Below the pieces are notes generated by a model. The model had not been told where the DNA came from. It made no database searches and worked only from the letters and a program-made list of their open reading frames with translations. The position numbers were made by a program, and so were the translations under genes. A stretch of DNA of 62,732 nucleotides, counting the filler, from Basidiobolus meristosporus CBS 931.73 (taxonomy: Eukaryota; Fungi; Basidiobolomycota): the NCBI GenBank assembly GCA_002104905.1. It is 3 parts of 3 records of this genome, joined end to end, with 100 filler letters (N's around TTAATTAATTAA, not from the genome) between each part and the next. Parts side by side here need not be neighbours in the genome. Positions count along the whole stretch, not along the records: positions 34,101 to 62,732 come from MCFE01000880.1; 2 more parts are not named here. One strand, 5' to 3'. Positions 37,501 through 50,584 of this stretch are shown here, piece by piece; the first letter of the stretch is position 1; each line of letters starts with the position of its first letter.

Positions 37501-38127
37501 CTTAGGCTTATGTCAAAAAAGGCCAATTGCATTATTTCAAGATAACAAAGCATGCAACAAATCAGGTAGAAGCTCAACTTTTCATGCTAGAGCTTGTTGC
37601 AATATTCTGAGGAGTATTAAAAGTGATGTGGAGAATTAGAGGATTTACATGTTATTCACTTGTAGATTTATTGATCAAATGTATGATATTTATTACTAAA
37701 GTAGAGCACACCAACATGTAGAGTTTGTTAAGGAAAGTCCCAAGAATATGTGTGCAAAGTATGGGAGCTTTTGGACAACTTTGAGATGGATCATAATCTG
37801 GATACCTGATAATTTGGTGAAAATATTCTAAGTAAATCCCAACAAGAATTTGGTCATGACAGAATGCTAATCAGAGAATAAGATCTATGTGACTAAGCTA
37901 GCATGAATATTTAGGTGACAACTTAATAATTACAATAGAACCAAGCACACAGATATTAGACATCATTGAATATGTGAAGCTATAGAGAATAACTTAGTTA
38001 ACTTGGTTTACTGTCCTACAGATGAAAGGATTGCCAACATAATTACCAAACCATAAGCCAGAGACAAATTTGTACATCTTAGGTCAAAATTAGGATTAGT
38101 CTGAATCAGCATTTAGTTAAGTGGGAG
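34600..38127 (+). mobile_element. Degenerate Ty1/copia pol (integrase, RT, RNase H) ending in a PPT
   Basis: TDGEYNS..GIKQEITIPYSPQQ; IGCRWVFK; SDLGEPSYYLG; YKSVIGSL; VKWILRYLKG; GYSNADW; ISWNSRK; PPT AAGTGGGAG at 38119-38127. An LTR fragment is inserted at ~37690-37930. Confidence 0.92.
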
Positions 38128-38537
38128 TGTTGTTAAAATTTGTAATACCACCTAAATATTCACCTCACTTAGTCACTTGGACTATTGCCTACAAATCTTA
38201 GAGAATACTATCCAGGTTCCTTGTTGGGGTTTACCTGGAATATATTCACTAGAACATTAGGTACTCACAACATGAAACTCTTTGTTTGGATTTACTTACA
38301 ATATTTTCACCAGAATATCAGGTATCCAACATATGAAAATCCTCAAAGTTGTCCAAACAGCCCCAAACCTTGTACATATGCTCTTGGGACCTTCCTAAAC
38401 ATATTCTATGTGCTTGTTATGCCAAGGCCATGTAACCAAAGAAATACTACTTTTTCATTTGATAAATCTTTAAGTAAAAGCCACGTAATCTACTTGCTCT
38501 CCCAATCACTTCTAATATCTCCAAGACTCTTGCAACA
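38128..38537 (+). repeat. 3' LTR family 1 with ~60-bp internal tandem duplication
   Basis: TGTTG...GCAACA; the GATTTAC..CATGAAA segment occurs twice. Further degenerate copies at ~38590-38900 and ~39220-39420. Confidence 0.88.
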
Positions 38538-40389
38538 TGTAGTTAGGAGCATACCACTTCCACATATATTTTGCAACCATATTTGATTCCACATAAATAC
38601 TCACCTAACTTGGTCACTTAGCTCATCATCTACAGAACTTAGAGAATAATGCCCAAGCTCCTTGTATGGACTTGCAATAATTTTGCCAAATTATCAGGTA
38701 CCCAGAACACAAAATTTTTCAAGCTTAGCCAAACAACACCAAACTTTGCACACATGTTTTTGTGGTTGTCCTTAAAATTTTCTTTTTCTTTCTCCTAAGA
38801 CCATATAAAGTATCAATACTACTCTTGTATTGGATAAATCATGATGTGAAACCACATAATCTACTTGTTCTACAAATCACTTGCAGTTTTCCCAAAACTC
38901 TTAAAGCATATACCACTAGCATAAGCTTAGTGCACTACTCACTGCAGGCAAGGGCCAAGTTAAAGTGAGCAAAAGATATAGTTTTTTATTAACACTTGTG
39001 ACAAATCTGTTGCACAATTCATATAGCAAAGGAGAGTTGATGCATCTTCACAGCAAGATACCTTGTTGTATAGGCTTTAAATTGGTAGCCCAAGCTTGTG
39101 AGTAGATAAGCATTTCCTTGCTGAACCCCCATCAGCCACATATCATGACTGAGCATGCTGGCCCTTGGAAATCAATTAAACAAATTTGACAAAATATCAA
39201 CAAAATATCAGGTTGTTCATGTTGTAAATATTTGTAATTCCCCCTAAATACTCACCTAACTAAGTCACTTTGATCATTTAATACTACAAATCTTTACAAC
39301 AAGTGGTGCTTACACTTTCACCTGGTCTTGGCAAAACAAGCACAGGCAGTATGCCTTGGAAGGTCCAAAGTGCACATGTGTAAATGTTGGGGATATACAA
39401 CAACTGGTGAGAATTTACCTAGATTATGTCACCAAAGCATCTGATCTGCAGGACATATAGACTTGCAATGAAAATAATGGGCAAGATATTTCAAGATTCA
39501 TAGACTACATTCTAATGGAATAAGCTGCTACAATAATTAGGTGTTACAGCTACACTGTCAACAAGTGCTATTGTATCTATATCTTCAGCCCAGCACTGCT
39601 GCTATCTTTGAAGGTCTGCAGAAATATGAGGTTGAGCAATGGACAGCAAAGTAAAAACACAATACAGGAGTAACTTGGGAATCCAAATGATACTTGCATC
39701 CTGTACCCATCCAAGATATCTGTATCATCAATTTTGCAAAGTTCCCCTAGATGCACAAGCACCCATCATTGAGCTTGACTGACCAGCAGGTGAGTATCCC
39801 TACAATTGTCCAACAAAAACCAGGCTTTTCCCCATCCTGCCCTATCGAATGAGTTGTAGTAGTATGAGAGGTCATGGAAAACCCACCTTCACAAATGACC
39901 AGTCAGATGCCATCACATCACTGTTTGCACTGGAAGGATTGCATCATGTGCAACCAGTGCCATATCTCTGTTGCTCACCTGGCCATAACCTTACCAGGTT
40001 CCATTTCAGGCCGGAGTCACCTGAGCCAGGAAATGATACCTAATAAGTAAGCCAGTGGTCGAAACTGAGCCTAACCACTCCCCCACTCGCCAGCTGTGAG
40101 CATCCCACGCAGGCCGATATTCCATTGCTGGTATACAGGATGCTTACTCCCACTGATGTGCATGAATGTACCCCCCTCCCCCATGAGATAGGATCGGGAT
40201 GATTTGTGACATGCGGAATTTTGATGGAGTTCATTCAGTAACACTTGCCATGGGGTAGCGTTGCCAGGTATGGCCGGCACATCAGTTTGCGCTGTTGGTC
40301 GCTCCTGCTAGACTTGACCGAGTTCTGACCGCATGTGGAGGGGAAAAGTGGCCAACAATCGGATTTATTTCAGTGAGCGGGTAACACGG

Positions 40390-41066
40390 GCCAAGAGGTG
40401 CGCGTCTAGTGTAATTACCGGGAAGATGCTCTGGAAAGCCAGGTCGACATGGGTGGAGTCCAGAGCGGAGGGTTCCACAATGTATAGGCCGCTCTCAGCT
40501 AGGGAGGACCTGGTGAGCAGCTGCAGCTGGGGATCGATCGCTGGAAAGCCATTTACTCGCCAACCGCATGGCCATCTCGGTGGAAACCTTCCAGCGGGGA
40601 TCCAGGTCGTATGTGTGGGCGATTAGCATGACGAGGGTGATGCGGCTGGAATGGTCACGGATCTTGTTGAGCCAACTGCAGACGCTCTCGAAGGAGCTAC
40701 GCTTGGTGATGTCGTACACCAAGGGGACCCCCACCGCGCCGTTGAAGTCCCTAGTCGGCCAACCGTTACTCTACGTTCACCCAGGACAGGGAATCCACTT
40801 ACGTGCTAGATACCGCTCGGTAGCGCTCCCGCCCCCCCCCCCTGAAAAGCAGTCAGCTACATGAATCAGTCCAAGAACAGTAAGAACCTTCCAGTGTTTG
40901 GTGGAGGCCTCTCGTAGTGGGCAAACTTGTGGGAGACCTCCACGCCGATGGTGAGTTGAAAGTCGGGGTTGAAATCGTCCAAGGCGAAGCGCAGGATAAG
41001 GCAGGATTTCCCGATCAAAACCACTGTGGCAAGAATCTTCAAGGTCGGCTACGGATGAGCCGGCAT
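40390..41066 (-). pseudogene. Intron-containing Rab11/Ypt31-like GTPase pseudogene
   Basis: GKSCLILRF..FN.DF..TIGVE; ERYRAV; GTAAGT intron; GAVG.PLVYDITKRSSFESV.SWL..IRDH; EPSALDSTHVDLAFQ. P-loop and NKxD motifs are destroyed. Confidence 0.8.
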
Positions 41067-41542
41067 CGTCAACTTTGAGAGGGCATTGCTTTCGTCGTCA
41101 CTGGTCGTTTCACTTGGCGAGAGGGGAACTGCTCAGGTGGCTTATGTCAGTGCTCACATGATGAGCGAGTTGTGATTCGGATGGGACGGTCACCTGACTC
41201 CAGGAACCAGCTGCACAGAGCCGAATGATGGTCGATCCAGGATAGAGCGAGCACTTTATCCAATTTAGATCCAGCGTTGATGGCATAGCATGACACACGG
41301 TATGCTCACCTGGTTTGTAGCTTGTGGACGTGACTGGCACAAGATGGATTTGTGGAACCGGTCAACAGAGTGATGATGGTTCGATCTGGTTCCATATCAC
41401 CAACACCTGCCTTCGTGCTTGATGTACCTGACTTGGTTGTGGCGTACCTCGAATGATGTGCATGGTGATGGCAGTCGGGGTGATTTGAAGTATGGGTGCG
41501 AGGGTGTGTGTTGAGGTGAGCATGTACGTGCGTATGTGTGAG

Positions 41543-41592
41543 TGCGGGTGCGGGTGCGGGTGCGGGTGCGGGTGCGGGTGCGGGTGCGGGTG
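41543..41592 (+). repeat. (GCGGGT)n hexamer tract; complementary (CACCCG)n at ~41938-41962
   Basis: Direct reading. Confidence 0.95.
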
Positions 41593-42580
41593 TGAGTGTA
41601 TGTGTATGTGTGTTGTGAGTGTATGGGTGAGCAGGAGATGTGGCCAGTGCGGAGGAGAATTCTGACGAGAGTGCAAATGCGCCAGGCTAGGGAGTAATGG
41701 GAATGCGAAACTAGTTGATGAGCCTCAGGGCTTGGTCATGTGTCAGACCAATTTCTATGATGCAAACGGTCCGACATTCATTGATCACAAATGGACTGGC
41801 AACTCGTGGTCACATCGGTATCTGCAGTCACCAACCACCGGGATGAAACCAAGGAATTGCCAATTTATTGCCACTAATGGCTGCATAATGTCCACCACCA
41901 TCATGCTTAACCCATTTCCACCTCCATTACCCTTTCCGCACCCGCACCCGCACCCGCACCCACTCCCACCTCCCGCTTCTGCTCCAAGGTCGCTCCCGTC
42001 ATATCCGAATCATCACCATATCGGCCATACGCATCACCATTTCGACTATATTGGCATCAACCTTGCTGCACACTTTGACCATCAGGCAGCGCAATGATTC
42101 CTTTTCGAATGGAAATTTTTCTGCCCTCAATAAATGGGGTCGAGGCTGGTGGGGATCTGATTGGTTGGTGGGATTTCTTGCCATCAAGAATCCAAGACGG
42201 TTTCTGGATTGTGAAGCACAGTGGGAGAATGGCCTTGCTGCTTGGTCTCAACGATGGCCGCCACTAACTGTGAACACCACCACAACCATGCTGGTTTAGC
42301 ATTTATGGACGGCCGCCTGATTGGCAAGGTTTGAGAGGCCAGGGATCGGATCCTGCGATGATTGGGATCACACTGGGCCTCGTCACCATTGGCTCAGTGG
42401 GGAAAGGGTGACTAAGCATCCGTAAGGTGTGCTCACCATGAACAATTCAACAATCTGATGGATTTTGCGACATGCGACAAATGGGGCTAGGACGAAATTG
42501 GTCCGAATCATCCCCATGATTACTAACCAAAACGATCCCGATCAATGACCGCAATCGAAATATGCACCATTGACAGGGTC

Positions 42581-42660
42581 GGGAAATAAGCAATATTACC
42601 GGAATCAGCAAATAAGCAATATTACCGAAATCAGCAAAACGATGATATTACCGAAATCGG
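42581..42660 (+). repeat. Three imperfect ~26-bp tandem repeats
   Basis: AAATAAGCAATATTACCG(G/A)AATCAGC units. Confidence 0.8.
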
Positions 42661-43322
42661 CCAACGTGCGCTGTTGAAAGAGTTTAGGAGCGATATGCCC
42701 CTTATGGTGCGATTAGTGAGCAATTTACTCCATTGCACTTGGCATTGTTGCTTCTCAAGACACTCCGGATGGTCTTGATTACAAACCCGTCTATGCGGGA
42801 CCGGGTTGGTAGCCAAGGGAAGATAAAGCTGAAGCGACCTCAATTCTTCCTAGCAATGACGGACATCCAAACAACGATGAGGTGGCGTGGCGGATGGAGT
42901 AGGATGAAGGCTGGGGAGGATGATTGGGCGACGGATGGCGGGTTGGTGGCCGAGGATAAGGAGGGTCGACACTGCGATTTCTTCTAGCGCTTTCGAGCAA
43001 CTCCCGCACCATGCAAGGTGCGATCTACCCTACAAGAGGCCAATCAGAGGCGAGAGGCAGGGTAGACCCTGTGGACCCTCGAAATCAGCAGGTCCTTCTA
43101 AACCCAAATTGCTGGCATCCGCCTCAGAAACCTGCTTCAGCAATCATGGGATAAATGAATGTGTATTCACAACAAACTGAGACATGCATCTATGCAGAGC
43201 TGACTTCACGGAATCGAGGTCAAACAGAGCCACGGCAGCAACTCAGACACACAACACAGATCATGCATGTAGCAACCGTCCCAAGCCCGCGCTGTGGCTG
43301 GGTGCCAGCAAGGATCAAGCAT

Positions 43323-43385
43323 GAGTCTGAGCCTGAGTCTGAGCCGGAGCCGGAGCCGGAGCCAGAGCCAAAGCCTGGGTCCGAG
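43323..43385 (+). repeat. (GAGCC[T/G/A]/GAGTCT)n hexamer tract
   Basis: Direct reading. Confidence 0.85.
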
Positions 43386-45143
43386 CCCACACATCAACGT
43401 AAACACAAACACTAACACAAACCCAAATCAAAGCCCAAACCCAAGCGAGCCGGCGGATGGAAGTGCGCTTGGCCAAGTAGGGAAGAGAGCGGACTGCGCC
43501 AATCACCCGGGCTCGTCCAATGCGAAGCTGCCAAGCTTACTAATTGGCCTCGAAATTGGCGATATTAAGAATCATCAGGATCGGGCGGTGATTGGCCGAG
43601 GGCAATCTGGACGCATCTCGAGCCTTCGCAGATAAAGTTCATTAGACAGGGTCGCACCGTGATCAATGAAAGGACCCAGAGGGCGAGGTGTGACCAAGCG
43701 AGGTGCGGACAGGTGGCTTTGGACGAGGCGGGCCACGATCAGCACAGCAAAAATAGAAGCCACGGTGGAGCGAGTAAAATTAGAAGCATTCACCCAATTC
43801 CGGAACCAATGCTGCCCGTTTCAAGTAGGCCACTGGGAGGATTTCTGTGTGCAGCGGATTAGGCAGGCAGTCAGCTTGAGCACTGGTTTTGTCATAATTA
43901 CTCGGATCGAGAAACTCCATCGCCACTCGTATGGTCATAATTGCTCGGATCGAGAAATCCCATGTTATCCAATTGCAGCCGGTGGCTATTTCTCGGTTTG
44001 ATTGAGTAAACAAAGAGCCTGATTGTGAGCATTGTCGCATTCGCTCTGAAACGTGGTGCCGCCCGGTCATTGGCTACAGGGGTAGGAGATTAGTTCCGCC
44101 GGTACATTCTCTCACTTCATTACCGGAAACTAATCAGACGGGCCTTTGGATGCACCAAGTCTCTCCTTCCATTTCGAGCAGCCGCCCCTAAATAGATTCG
44201 TGACTCTGATCGTTCATTGATGGAGCTGGTGATGATGAGAAATCCTAAAATATTAATGCATCATCCCATCGAATCATCCTTGCGCAAGCTCGTCATCCGG
44301 CGGTCAGCTGATCCGGCTACGGATATAAGAGGCGCAGACGCCCCACTGGCGACCCATTCAGTTTCCTTCTCGTAAGGCCCCCACTAACGCACGCTACCTT
44401 TAAGAGCTTCTGGCTTCTGCCACTTCCCTACACCCCGCAAAGCCAACCACAGCAACTGAATTCTTGTTCTGCGCCACCACCACCACCCACCTACTCCACC
44501 AGCAATTAACTATACTCTGCGACTCTTGTCGTCTCCAATCGCTACCACTACCAAGGCTTTCCAAGCGCCCTCTCTAGCAGCTAAACCTACGCCTCGTCTG
44601 ATCAACACTTCGCGAGCGAAAGTCCTCCAACACCATCGTGGGCCTTTGTTTCAGAAGTCTTGACACTCCAGCCGTTAATTATTTAATTTATCTATTATTT
44701 CCTCTCACCTCCTGCATACCCGTACATCTGCTGTATCCAGACCCTTTTCCTGCGTTGCGATTACGAAGCCCACCCTCGGTGTTATCCTCGCACACGCACA
44801 CGCACACGCACATCCACTGCATCTTTGAAGGGACAGACAGCACGCTGCCCATCCGCCGCATCCACCACACTCTTAATTAATCTGAAGCCTAATCGTCCTT
44901 GGACAGCATTTTAAATATTTCTTCTTGTACAACAACTTTCACCCCGTATTCAATTTTTGCCCAGCATGGAGTTGTAAACCCAGCCTCAACTATGCCTGTT
45001 GACGTGTATATACCTACGAAACCAATTGAAACCCACCCACTGCTACTGCAACCGCAAACGCACCATTTCCAGCAACAAAAAAGAACCGCAAGACCGCCGC
45101 TACTAAAGAAGCCCACAGTAAACAACAAACCACTACCCCAGCT

Positions 45144-46424
45144 ATGAACGCAATCGAAGCCAATTTTTCCCCTGTCAATACCAGCCGCGCCGGTGAGGAG
45201 CCGGTCGCCGACGAATTCCCACTTCCCTTCGAATTTGGAACCGTGCTTGAGGATCCTACCTCCGGACACTTGTACACCCTCCTTGACTTCCTTGGCAGCG
45301 GATCCTATGCCGTTGTCTACCTGGCCAGGGACGAGACCACCGGTGCCGAGCACGCCATCAAATGCCTCTCCAAGCGCTCTCTCTCCGAGGAGATGCTTGA
45401 ACTCCAGCAGATCGAAGTTGATCTCCACCTCTCCCTTAGCCACCACAAGAACATCGTCAAGATGGAGTCTTCCTTCTCCGAGGGTGACTGGCTCTTCTTG
45501 GTGATGGAGTACTGCGATGGGGAGGATCTATTCAGCTGGATTTCACGTGACGCGGACTACGAGATCGAGGGCAACTTCGAGAACCCTGAGGTCGAGCGCA
45601 TCCGCATCATCAAGAACGTGTTTGATCAGGTGCTTGATGCGGTGATGTTCTGTCATCAGAACGGAGTCTACCACCGTGACCTGAAGCCAGAAAACTTCAT
45701 GGTCACCTACGATGGCATCGTGAAGCTGACCGACTTTGGCCTCGCGACCACCGAGGACTACTCCACCGACTACGAGTGTGGGAGCAAACCCTATCTCAGC
45801 TACGAGAGCCGCAACTTCTACCGTGCCCCTTACTCCTCGCGTCAAGCAGATATCTGGTCTCTAGGAATCATCTTCTTGAATCTTCTGTACCACCAGTGCC
45901 CCTGGGCCGACCCTAGCGCCGGCGAGTGTGAGGCGTTTGCCTCGTTCATGAAGGACAAAACGGGCTTCTTGAAGCAGAAGTTCGATTGTCCTAATGAGGT
46001 AGCCGAGTTCCTCGCCACCCAGGTCTTTTGTTTGGAGAGCGATCACGGTCGCAAGGGTAGAATAAACCTGCTCCAATGGAAGTGCTGGTGTTCGGATTTG
46101 GAGAGAAACTACTCCTTGGAATCTGAGGCTTCCGGCTACGATGGATGCATCGAGATCCCCGGCCAAAAGGCCCGTCTCGAAATCCCCGGCTACTCTTTTG
46201 GCGACTCTCACCAGTCCTCATGGTCGGAGGTGTTCGATGAGGAGGAGGAGATGGATTTCAATGAGCCGGTCCACTTCGAGGACGAGCCTGAGGATTCCGA
46301 GGCGGAGGACCTTGTCAACGACTACGATTCCGCCTACGGGTCCTTCTCAGTCAAAGGGGCTTTCTCCCACGAGGATGACATTGCCGCTGCTCTGGAGGAC
46401 GAGTTTGGTACATTGATGATTTAG
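45144..46424 (+). CDS. Ser/Thr protein kinase, Ran1/Pat1-Sks1/Vhs1-like, intronless
   Basis: LGSGSYAVVY, AIKCLSK, HRDLKPEN, DFGLAT, CGSKPY, DIWSLGIIFLN..CPW; acidic C-terminal tail. Confidence 0.9.
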   Translation: MNAIEANFSPVNTSRAGEEPVADEFPLPFEFGTVLEDPTSGHLYTLLDFLGSGSYAVVYLARDETTGAEHAIKCLSKRSLSEEMLELQQIEVDLHLSLSHHKNIVKMESSFSEGDWLFLVMEYCDGEDLFSWISRDADYEIEGNFENPEVERIRIIKNVFDQVLDAVMFCHQNGVYHRDLKPENFMVTYDGIVKLTDFGLATTEDYSTDYECGSKPYLSYESRNFYRAPYSSRQADIWSLGIIFLNLLYHQCPWADPSAGECEAFASFMKDKTGFLKQKFDCPNEVAEFLATQVFCLESDHGRKGRINLLQWKCWCSDLERNYSLESEASGYDGCIEIPGQKARLEIPGYSFGDSHQSSWSEVFDEEEEMDFNEPVHFEDEPEDSEAEDLVNDYDSAYGSFSVKGAFSHEDDIAAALEDEFGTLMI

Positions 46425-47031
46425 ACGTAACCAAAATGGCCTTTGTTAAATTATCTGCCTTGTTCGGATCACCTGAGCAGTTCGCCCCTTGAAGGGTGTT
46501 CATGTGATTTCGCTCATTTCGTGTGCTGAATGTTTCTTTTGCATTTGTCCACTGTTCCTCTAGACTTCGAGCAGCAGCCACTGTCTCGTTGTTTGCAAAT
46601 AAAATCAGTAGAACCCCATTTAACCCCGAGTCATCTTGTTCTATAGTGTAGTGTGTTCGCCAGTTGCGGGTATGTGTGTGTGTGAGGGTGCGAGTGTTGG
46701 TTTGCAAGCCCGCGTGTGTGATTGTGGGCGCACTGCCACTCGCCGAGCGATGGCTGGACACGCAGTGTTTTGAGAGCTGGGCGTGTCACGTGACGGGGAT
46801 GGAATAGATCAATTTTTAGTAGTCAGCAGCGATGAAACTTGCCAGACAGTCAGTAGCAAAGCACACGTTACAATCCGCTCCGCGAGTTCGTCATTGCAGG
46901 TAAGGCCCAACGATTAGCGTAGTAGAGCGCAGACGGAAGCTCGCACGGCAACCCAGACAACTGACCCTCGTTTTACAGTCGAGAGAAAAACTTTTTCCTA
47001 GCCCATCTCAACTGCCCATCCAACTGCAACC

Positions 47032-48348
<1,317 letters not shown>

Positions 48349-48359
48349 GGGTGACGGTG

Positions 48360-48360
<1 letters not shown>

Positions 48361-48391
<31 letters not shown>

Positions 48392-48478
48392 GACAATCCA
48401 GCCTAATCCAACCCAAACCGATTCGATTTCAATTTCGATTCGATTCGACTCGATTCAATTCAATTCAATTCAATTTCC
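48361..48478 (+). repeat. (AATC)n and (CGATT/CAATT)n microsatellites
   Basis: Direct reading, immediately 3' of the CK2 stop. Confidence 0.9.
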
Positions 48479-48613
48479 CCCATTCTAATAAACGTTCGAT
48501 TCAAACCATCCCTGAGCCAACCTGCCCATCAATTAATCCATGAATGAATCGGTAGCGGCCGCCTCATAAAAACCATTCCTCTGCGACACCGTGGTTGTCC
48601 AGAAACGAGTGCC

Positions 48614-50178
48614 ATGTCGTTATACGACGATCTACCTGCCCCCGCCACCAATGAGGAGAACGAAACCACGGTGATCAGCACGAAGCCGGAGAGTGGTGAG
48701 TGTGCCGCTTTTTTCTCTCCCCCCTCGACCCCTCCAGAGCCACGCTGACCCCGTCTAGTTGGATGGAAGCCCAGATCCTTGCAGCCCATCCTTCGACGGC
48801 CTCAACCCAACAAGGCCAAGGTAAGCAGAAGCACGACCGGCCCCGTCTCCACCAAGGAGGCCACAACGATCCACCCGCTGTTCAAGCCGCTCGTCCAGAG
48901 CCAACCCGCGGAAACCACCCCCGCGAGCGCCGCCGGCACCTGGAGCCAACTCGAATACGGACAGGTGGGTTGGGTTCGCCCGCTGCTCCCCGAACCAACA
49001 CTAACCCTTGTCGTAGAAAAAACCCCCCCGGAAGAGGGGAGGTCCCTCGTGGGACGACGAGTACGAGCCACACTTCCCGAACGACTACGACCACTGGAAG
49101 GCGGAGAGAAGGAGACAGCGCGAGGAGCGGGAGCTAAGCGAGGAGATGGTGGTGGAGCCATGTAGACTAGCGTTCCTAAGTTCATTCCCTCGAACCTTCT
49201 TCCGGACCATTTTCTCACTCCGGCCGCGGGGTTTCTTCGTGTTTGCATCTAGATGAGTCCTCGTCCAGCGCCCCGGTCACCGAGCACATCCCACCCGCCC
49301 CGAACCCCAACCTCAACCTGAACCTCACCGGAGAGGAGGCCTACCTGCAGCGGGCGAAGTTGTCCCAGGCCGCCGCCGCCGCCACCACCACCACTACCGT
49401 TACCCCACCCAAGCGTGAAGAGTAGGTCCATCTGATGCGCCGCATCTACTTGCTGGTTGCTAACATTCCGTTCCCTACCACCATCCAGAGAGCCCCAGGG
49501 GTCGGGCGAGAAGTTCGCCTACAAAATGCTGAAGCAGTACGGGTGGACCGAAGGCCAAGGCCTGGGGAAGAACGGACAGGGGATCAACGCCCCGCTGTCC
49601 GTGGAGAGGACCGGGCTTGGGTTTGGAGTGATCGTGAACACGGCGACCAACCAAGGTAAACGTCCACCCGACCCATCGTGGGCGAGGGTGTTTGCGAAAT
49701 GCGACTTGTCTCTTGCGTCCACTAACCCGCCACGTTGTCCCTCCCCCTGAAGCGACCGAGCCGAAGCCAGCGACAGAGAGCGAGCGGGCGTCCACGGTGG
49801 TGCTGCTGACGAATATGGTCCACCAAGCTTTCCTTCATCTCGACCCACCCCCACACATCACTAACCGACGGAACGTATTGACAGGTCAGGCCAGGCGAGG
49901 TGGACGACTCGCTGCAGGAGGAGACGGCGGAGGAGTGCGCGCGATTCGGAGCGGTCCGTAGATGCGTGATCCACGAGGTGAACAGCGGGAAGGTGGCGAA
50001 GGAGGAGGCGGTCCGGATCTTCGTCCAGTTCGAGGCCCTCCACTCCGCCCAACGGGCCCTGCGCGAGCTGAACGGTCGATTCTTCGCCGGTAGAAAGGTG
50101 ACCGCACGGTTCTTCGATCCCGACCGATTCGACCGGTTGGAGTTGGCCCCGACCGAAGCCGAGCTGGGGGGACATTGA
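48614..50178 (+). CDS. SPF45: Splicing factor SPF45/RBM17 (DRT111-like): G-patch plus UHM
   Basis: MSLYDDLP; G-patch MLKQYGWTEGQGLGKNGQGI; STVVLLTNMV; LQEETAEEC.RFG.V..C.I; VRIFVQF; LNGRFFAGRKV. Multi-exon. Confidence 0.9.
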
Positions 50179-50459
50179 GTGCGCCGCGCTGATTACCGCC
50201 TGCCTGGCCGAGGTGCCTTGACCACGACCCAGATCCATGCTGCTAGCCGTATTCCGTCAGCCTCAGCGCAACGGTGGTGTAGGGTTGGGCCGTGTGCTCA
50301 TCGCAATCGCAATCGCAATCGCCATCACCATCACCACCTCTACCTCCATCTCCATCCCTACCCTTATCACCACCACTTTCCAATAAAATTCCCTCGGAAC
50401 AACATAAATGAATGATTTATTCGGAGTATACAGCGGGGGTTAAGTATAATACAGATATT

Positions 50460-50497
<38 letters not shown>
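50460..50497 (+). repeat. (GA)n microsatellite
   Basis: Direct reading. Confidence 0.95.
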
Positions 50498-50505
<8 letters not shown>

Positions 50506-50584
50506 AGGTAGGGAATTCTGGGATGCAATGCGAGCTACACTGACCACGCTTGGTCCACGTCCGCTTCCAATTCATCTCGACGGA

